Below, piece by piece: positions 58,501 through 64,000 of a DNA stretch of 64,000 nucleotides. A program made the position numbers and the translations under genes. The notes beneath the pieces were generated by a model that saw only the letters and a list, made by a program, of their open reading frames with translations, was not told the origin of the DNA and did not search any database. Within the stretch, counting starts at the first letter, position 1, and each line of letters begins with the position of its first letter. The DNA comes from Balanoglossus misakiensis (Eukaryota > Animalia > Hemichordata), in contig CM082591.2 of the NCBI GenBank assembly GCA_040954595.2, positions 1,835,745-1,899,744 of the forward strand. Direction: 5' to 3'.

Positions 58501-61500
58501 GGTTGCATTCAGTGATTTGCCACGCCAGACAGACAAGAACAAGGAAAAGTCCGATTTCGGAACTTTGGCACGGGAGCCGATTTTGTCACATATTAGCTAG
58601 ATGGTGCATAAAATCGGTGGCTTGAGAGGGCTTTGTTAGGTTCTGTACAAACGATTTTAAGGGAGAATTCGCCTGCTTTTGTGTATTCAGAAACCCGAAG
58701 CGTTAACTTTGCCAGACGTTTAATTTTTCCATCCATTTTTCCCACTTTTCCACAAGGAACCCATGGCAAATGCCTTGAACGCCAACACCGCGTCTCCACA
58801 TTAACTTTAAAACACTTCTGAGAAGATTCTGACGGGAGAAAAGTGCATTTTGAGCCTGCCAAGTCCACAGAAGTCATTTAAAGCAAACACATGCACGATG
58901 CTTTTTTCTCTCTTCACACAACCAGCTCAACGTCTCCGGTGAGTAGACCTAGAACCAAAAGTGAATTAAAAGCGAACGCCATTTTTAAAAGACCACAAAA
59001 CGGTGTTATTGTGAACAAACTTCAACAAAACAAACAATCAGCGCTCTCGGCGGATCGATTCGTAATTATTGTCCGCTTTTTCACGCCACTTCCGATGCGT
59101 CTCGGCTACGGTTCGACCACGCGAACCGTTTGAGCCAAGATGGCGGAAAAAAGATGATATTCTAGCGGCCTGACTTATCGTTTGACGGTCCACCATTGGT
59201 GGGGACATCTCGAACGCTGTGTGACGACAAGCGTCTGCTCGCACAAAAGAGAAACATTTGAAACTAAGCCCGCTAAACGATGCCTCCCACTTCGCCCCGT
59301 CTGTACCAGGCGCCATCATAAAAACTGTAGCATATAATTGTAATTTTCCTTCATAAATTATGTCTTCCACCTCGGCTTGGCAGCTCCTTTGTAGACCAGG
59401 CCAATATTGGAGAGATCCCGGGTTGATGACAGGTAGATAGCAAGGGACCCTATGTTCACAGACGCAGGGGAGGAGAGATGCACACGGAGATAGTTACAGG
59501 AGCACAGAGTAACAGGCTAGAGGCTGAGACACACACAGTTACATCAATGGAGACAGACAGGGTGACAGAAATCCAGAAAGAAACAGGGCTACACATAGAG
59601 AAAAATGAGAAAAGACCAAGATATTGTGAGAAAGACAGCCATTTTTGACGAAACACTCGTCGATACAGACGCATCAGCTCGTCAGCTATATAAAAATTAT
59701 ACGAGTTATAGAGACCACACCTCTGTCCTTTGGGACTGAAGGTGCTTAAATTTAATTGACGGAAGTGACTTTGTACTGAAGTTCACACAGCTCCAGAAAC
59801 ACACTTTCGGAGACCAGTATTCAATATGAGTGAGAGTTCTCATTCATTGCTTACAAAGAGAAAATGGCGTTTAAATCACCCGTGGTAGACCCCAAGACTT
59901 CACTTTGACCGCATCCCGGTCGTATAAACGAGAAAACGATGCCCAAACTTCTCCCACACGTCTGTCAACGCACCGTTAAGTCTCTTGACCTCTGACCCGA
60001 ACTTCTACCAGTTTGCGGCAGGGAGGGCTCCGTGGGGGGGGGGGGGGGTTACATGTACATGTGTAGAGCACTGCTTCGACAGCAGACTGGCCTGCACGTG
60101 ACTTGTAAGGCATGAGGCTCAACAAAGCCACCTAGGAAGTAAGACCAACCGACCCCATCAGTGCGATCAACGATGATTAACATTTCTAGGCGAACGCGTC
60201 ACCAAGGAAACCGTTTTCAGCAGTAAGAAATCGACAAAGGTTTGCCGACGGTCCCCATTTCGGCAAAAGGAGACCAATTTTCGATTACTTCAGTGGGCAT
60301 GAAGGTACTACGTTCAATGTTGTAACCATAACGACTGCTTTATTTGGAAATCGCCTTAACGGTGCATTCTGCCTAGAGACGTGAACAGAGAGAGAATAAA
60401 CACAATCAAGGTCTTTCCGAGACAGTTTATCACTCACTGAACACAAAAAGTTCCATGGAGGTTTCTTTTAATTAACAATCAAATCAGACACGCGCCCAAT
60501 CTTAACGTGTCCGTGTGTAGGCTTTGTGAAATAGCTCTCGCGGAAAGTTTTGTCCCAACTCACAGTACAGAGCTGCATGTTTCGCTATTCTGTATGAACC
60601 GGTGATAGTGTAATTTTTGAGTGGGTTTTTAGCGTAGCGGACATAAGAAAGACATCTTTGCATGGTTCATGATAGTTTATGTTAGCAGTGGAGATCAATT
60701 CCAAATTGCTGTTGTACAATTCTAACCTGTGGGTGATGACAAAGAAGTGAATTGTGCTAAGGTAGATTTGGTTTTGACGCAGAGGTAAATATGATGGCTG
60801 GCTGCGAGTAGACATTCTAGGGGAAAACTTAAAGACTGTAAAATGGGTGGGCGACTCACGCGCTCCGGGCCAACCCAGCACGGGTGTACGACCTTGCTAC
60901 ACACAGCGCTTTTGAGCGGTGACCGGGAATTTAAGAAGTCGACACAGAAGACTAAATTTGAAAAGAGATGATGTTTGTACATAGAGAGGCCTGCATTGAC
61001 GATCGCAGCGACCCCTGTGTTCTTTGCAATTGTTGAACAAAGCAAGACCAAACGACGTGTGAATATGAAACCGATACTTGGGTAGGTTCAGAACAGCGAA
61101 GCGCTGACCCCAATGCGGTACCTGTCCGGTTGGGGTGTTCACGTGTGTAAGCACCTTGACGTTAACCTTAAGTCCGGAGTAAGATCCATGGAATATTCGA
61201 GTTGGCGAGGTCAGGGACTTGGATAAGATAGGCCCACATAGAGTGATCGCGTGCCAACGCGTTCGCTCTTAGGCTCCCCAGGGACCCCTTTTGAGTCTGG
61301 CGGCTATTGCTCCCCGTCACGTCAAGGCGGTCCGGTGTCCGTGTGTTTTATTGCCCATGTCTTATAAACAGGGTTTCTATGCGTTGATATACACTTCTTT
61401 GGAATTGGGATCTTTGTCGTTATTGTCAACTAGTGACACAAAGACAGGGCAGCACAACAGAAGACACGAAGGGTAATTTCTTCACAGGACTTTGAAATGG

Positions 61501-64000
61501 TGCACTGTAAGAAAACCCCAGCATGAACTGTACTTGAATGGAACGATCAAACGCCTGAGAGAGAGGGAGGGAGATTAAATAAAAAATCACATTTCTGAAG
61601 CAAATAACGCCCACATGGTAGATCTTAGTCCCTCCGCTGTGGAGACGGACAATAAATTAAACTTTTACTGATTCGGAGAACGAGACTTCGGAGAAAATGG
61701 TAATAAAGCCAATTCTATCGGGCTTTGTGGTTATTTCGAACAGTTTCACGGTCGTTCGCCGTTTCTTGGAACGCCTGTGTCGCTGAACAAAAAGATTATG
61801 TTGGACAACAATTGATTATCCCTCGGACTATCTCCGAATCCTCCAAACTGAATTGCAAGTCTCTTTCTGTGCGGTTTTTAAACTTGATCACGAGCGACCC
61901 TTGATACGATCTCGTTCCGGGACGACGTGACTGTAAGCCAATCGAATCGCGGTATGCAAATGGGGCCCCACTGCTCATTTTTATGCTGGAGATGTCCGCT
62001 GCGTGGGTCGACCTGATTCGGCGGCACGGACGGGTGTTTAGTTCCACTCGACATGCATGTCCGTCAGTGGAAATTTGTCAAAGATGGTCCGCCAGAACCT
62101 GGTCGCATCTTCTCCCTTCACTGCACTACTATCAGCTGCAATGATTGTAGAGGATGCTGCTAGGTTGACGAGAGCTGTGAACACACCAGTCAACCTATAC
62201 CCGATATAATCATTGCAACTAAGCTACTATCAACATCAATCGCCTCCCCACCTTCCCTGAACGATATCGACCACTGTAAATTTAATTTCACATAGTTCCA
62301 ATCGTCAACGTGAACGTAGTTAGTGTAAGAGCCCCTCCTTATGTGCACGCACTTACAGGGGAAGCCAATAAGTACTGCGTTGACTGGGCCGTCTTCTTGC
62401 AGGCGTTTAATATGCAAGACCAGTGACCACCCATCCATTCTCGGGGAGTCAGAGAAAACGAGCGCGACAGCAGCTAACAAAGTAGTTACATCACGCGAAA
62501 CAACCCGCTGTATGAAAGCGATCCGATCAAAGCAATTCCACTGTATTGTCTGTTTGTGTGTATACGACTGAAGTTCCGCGATCACAGAGTAAACGGGGAA
62601 CAACCCAGCAGACAATTTGTATTAATGCGCAGTCAAGACACGCACCATTGATTATGACCAAACCGAGGCCGTGACGTATATAGGCCTACGACGCACCGCC
62701 GCGATTTCGGCGAAAAACCGTCAACGCGTCGGTACTTTCCAAAAGCAACAGGCACCCCGAATGCCAAACGACAACTTTCTCGTTGCTTCTCACAAACAAA
62801 CACACAAACAAAAACAACTTTCGCCATATCATCCTTCAGCCCACTCCATTTGCCTTGATTTGAGCCACGTGTCTCCAAAAAACGGCTGCTTTGGTGTCGC
62901 CAAGCTACGGGCGGCTGACGCGGCAACCGTTGTCAAGGAAACGGTGGCAGTGACCTTCAGACCGCTACAGCCATACTCTCTCGCCTATTGACTCAAAATC
63001 GTCAGTAGCTTTCACATAGTCACCAATTTCTATCAAAGGCAATGGTGACACACACTATTGGAGAACGGCTTGCCTTCGCCTGAGGACAATATATGGAGTC
63101 ACAAAGGTATTAAGGCAAGGCCGATTCAATAGACCTCCTTAACCTATGTCTCAATTTATTTTTTTCTTAAAAGTGAAGTCTGTACGTGATGTGTTTTCGT
63201 TTCACGTCTGTGACGTCACACCCTCGCAAGTGTAGTTTACCTACCCCGAAAACCATGACATCATAGATAATGGTGTTGAGGTTCTCTTTCGCTTGAAGTG
63301 TGCGAACTGGTCATTGGAAAATTATTGGAACATTTGACTACTTAGCCAGAATGTGCTGGACATTACTGTGTTAGTGATTTCAGGTGAACAACTTGTCGAA
63401 GTTTACTCAAACTACGACAAAAAAAACAACAACAAAAAAACACAAATGTAAAAGAACCGCATCGCAAAGATTGTGAAGTGTTTTGCAACCAGCTTCACTT
63501 CTATTGTCCATTTCGATGTTTGCGGACTTTTTTGTGTCCGTTTCTTGCTACAAGATATGTTTCAAAGACACCCACACAAATTTCTCTCGGTAGATTTATT
63601 CATATGTTATAATTATGGTTTTTTGTTCCGCCGTTGCTTTCGTCTCGCGCTGCAGTGCCTGCTTCAGCGCACGCTTTCAAGGCAAGGACTATACTCACCG
63701 CGTCGGCTTTGTCCTGGCGTCCCGGCACTACCGCGTCTGACGTCACCTTTGCCATAGCAACACCAAGAAGCTTGTGGAAACCTGTTCTTTATCAACGGCG
63801 ATCCTGCAACAGATAGGACAGAATAAGATGAGGGGAACGATATGGAGTGGATTTTGTGTAATTATGGGAAAACACACGAGACGCGGTTTACCTGGAATTC
63901 GACGCGAAAGCCCTCACAGGTCAAGTTCGCGGCAAGAAACCACGTCTTTCCAGTAAGACGGTGGTAGATTTCTTGCATGAGGCAAGAAGGCGCCTAAGCG

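Noticed and set aside
61080-61300. GC-rich segment considered as a tRNA, SINE or ncRNA
   Set aside because: No cloverleaf or convincing A/B boxes could be identified.
62425-62433. Perfect GLI consensus GACCACCCA upstream of Dbx
   Set aside because: About 0.5 copies are expected by chance in 64 kb on both strands, and there is no cluster.

Overview
This is eukaryotic, intron-rich DNA from an invertebrate bilaterian. A marine deuterostome such as a hemichordate is plausible, but that is inference only. I reconstructed five genes by hand from GT-AG splice sites and recalled protein homology: (1) the first coding exon of CKAP5/ch-TOG on the minus strand, running off the left edge and absent from the ORF track; (2) CTR9, a PAF1-complex subunit, + strand, 21 exons, ~1211 aa, head-to-head with CKAP5; (3) BMAL1/ARNTL/cycle, + strand, 15 coding exons, ~714 aa, with an intact C-terminal activation domain; (4) an intronless FoxQ2 with an N-terminal eh1 motif, - strand, convergent with BMAL1; (5) the Dbx homeobox gene, - strand, 4 exons, ~306 aa. 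The rest (about 24-39 kb and 50-64 kb) is CpG-rich non-coding sequence with clusters of transcription-factor motifs. Several non-autonomous DNA transposons are present: Tc1/mariner-type MITEs, an 85-bp piggyBac-like element, and a TTAA-flanked Kolobok-like element carrying a Cys-rich ORF relic. No prokaryotic features, CRISPR arrays, rRNA or tRNA were seen. The most notable points are the compact CKAP5-CTR9-BMAL1-FoxQ2-Dbx block, the perfect PBX-MEIS/PREP decamers at both the FoxQ2 and Dbx promoters, and an E-box cluster between the BMAL1 and FoxQ2 3' ends.
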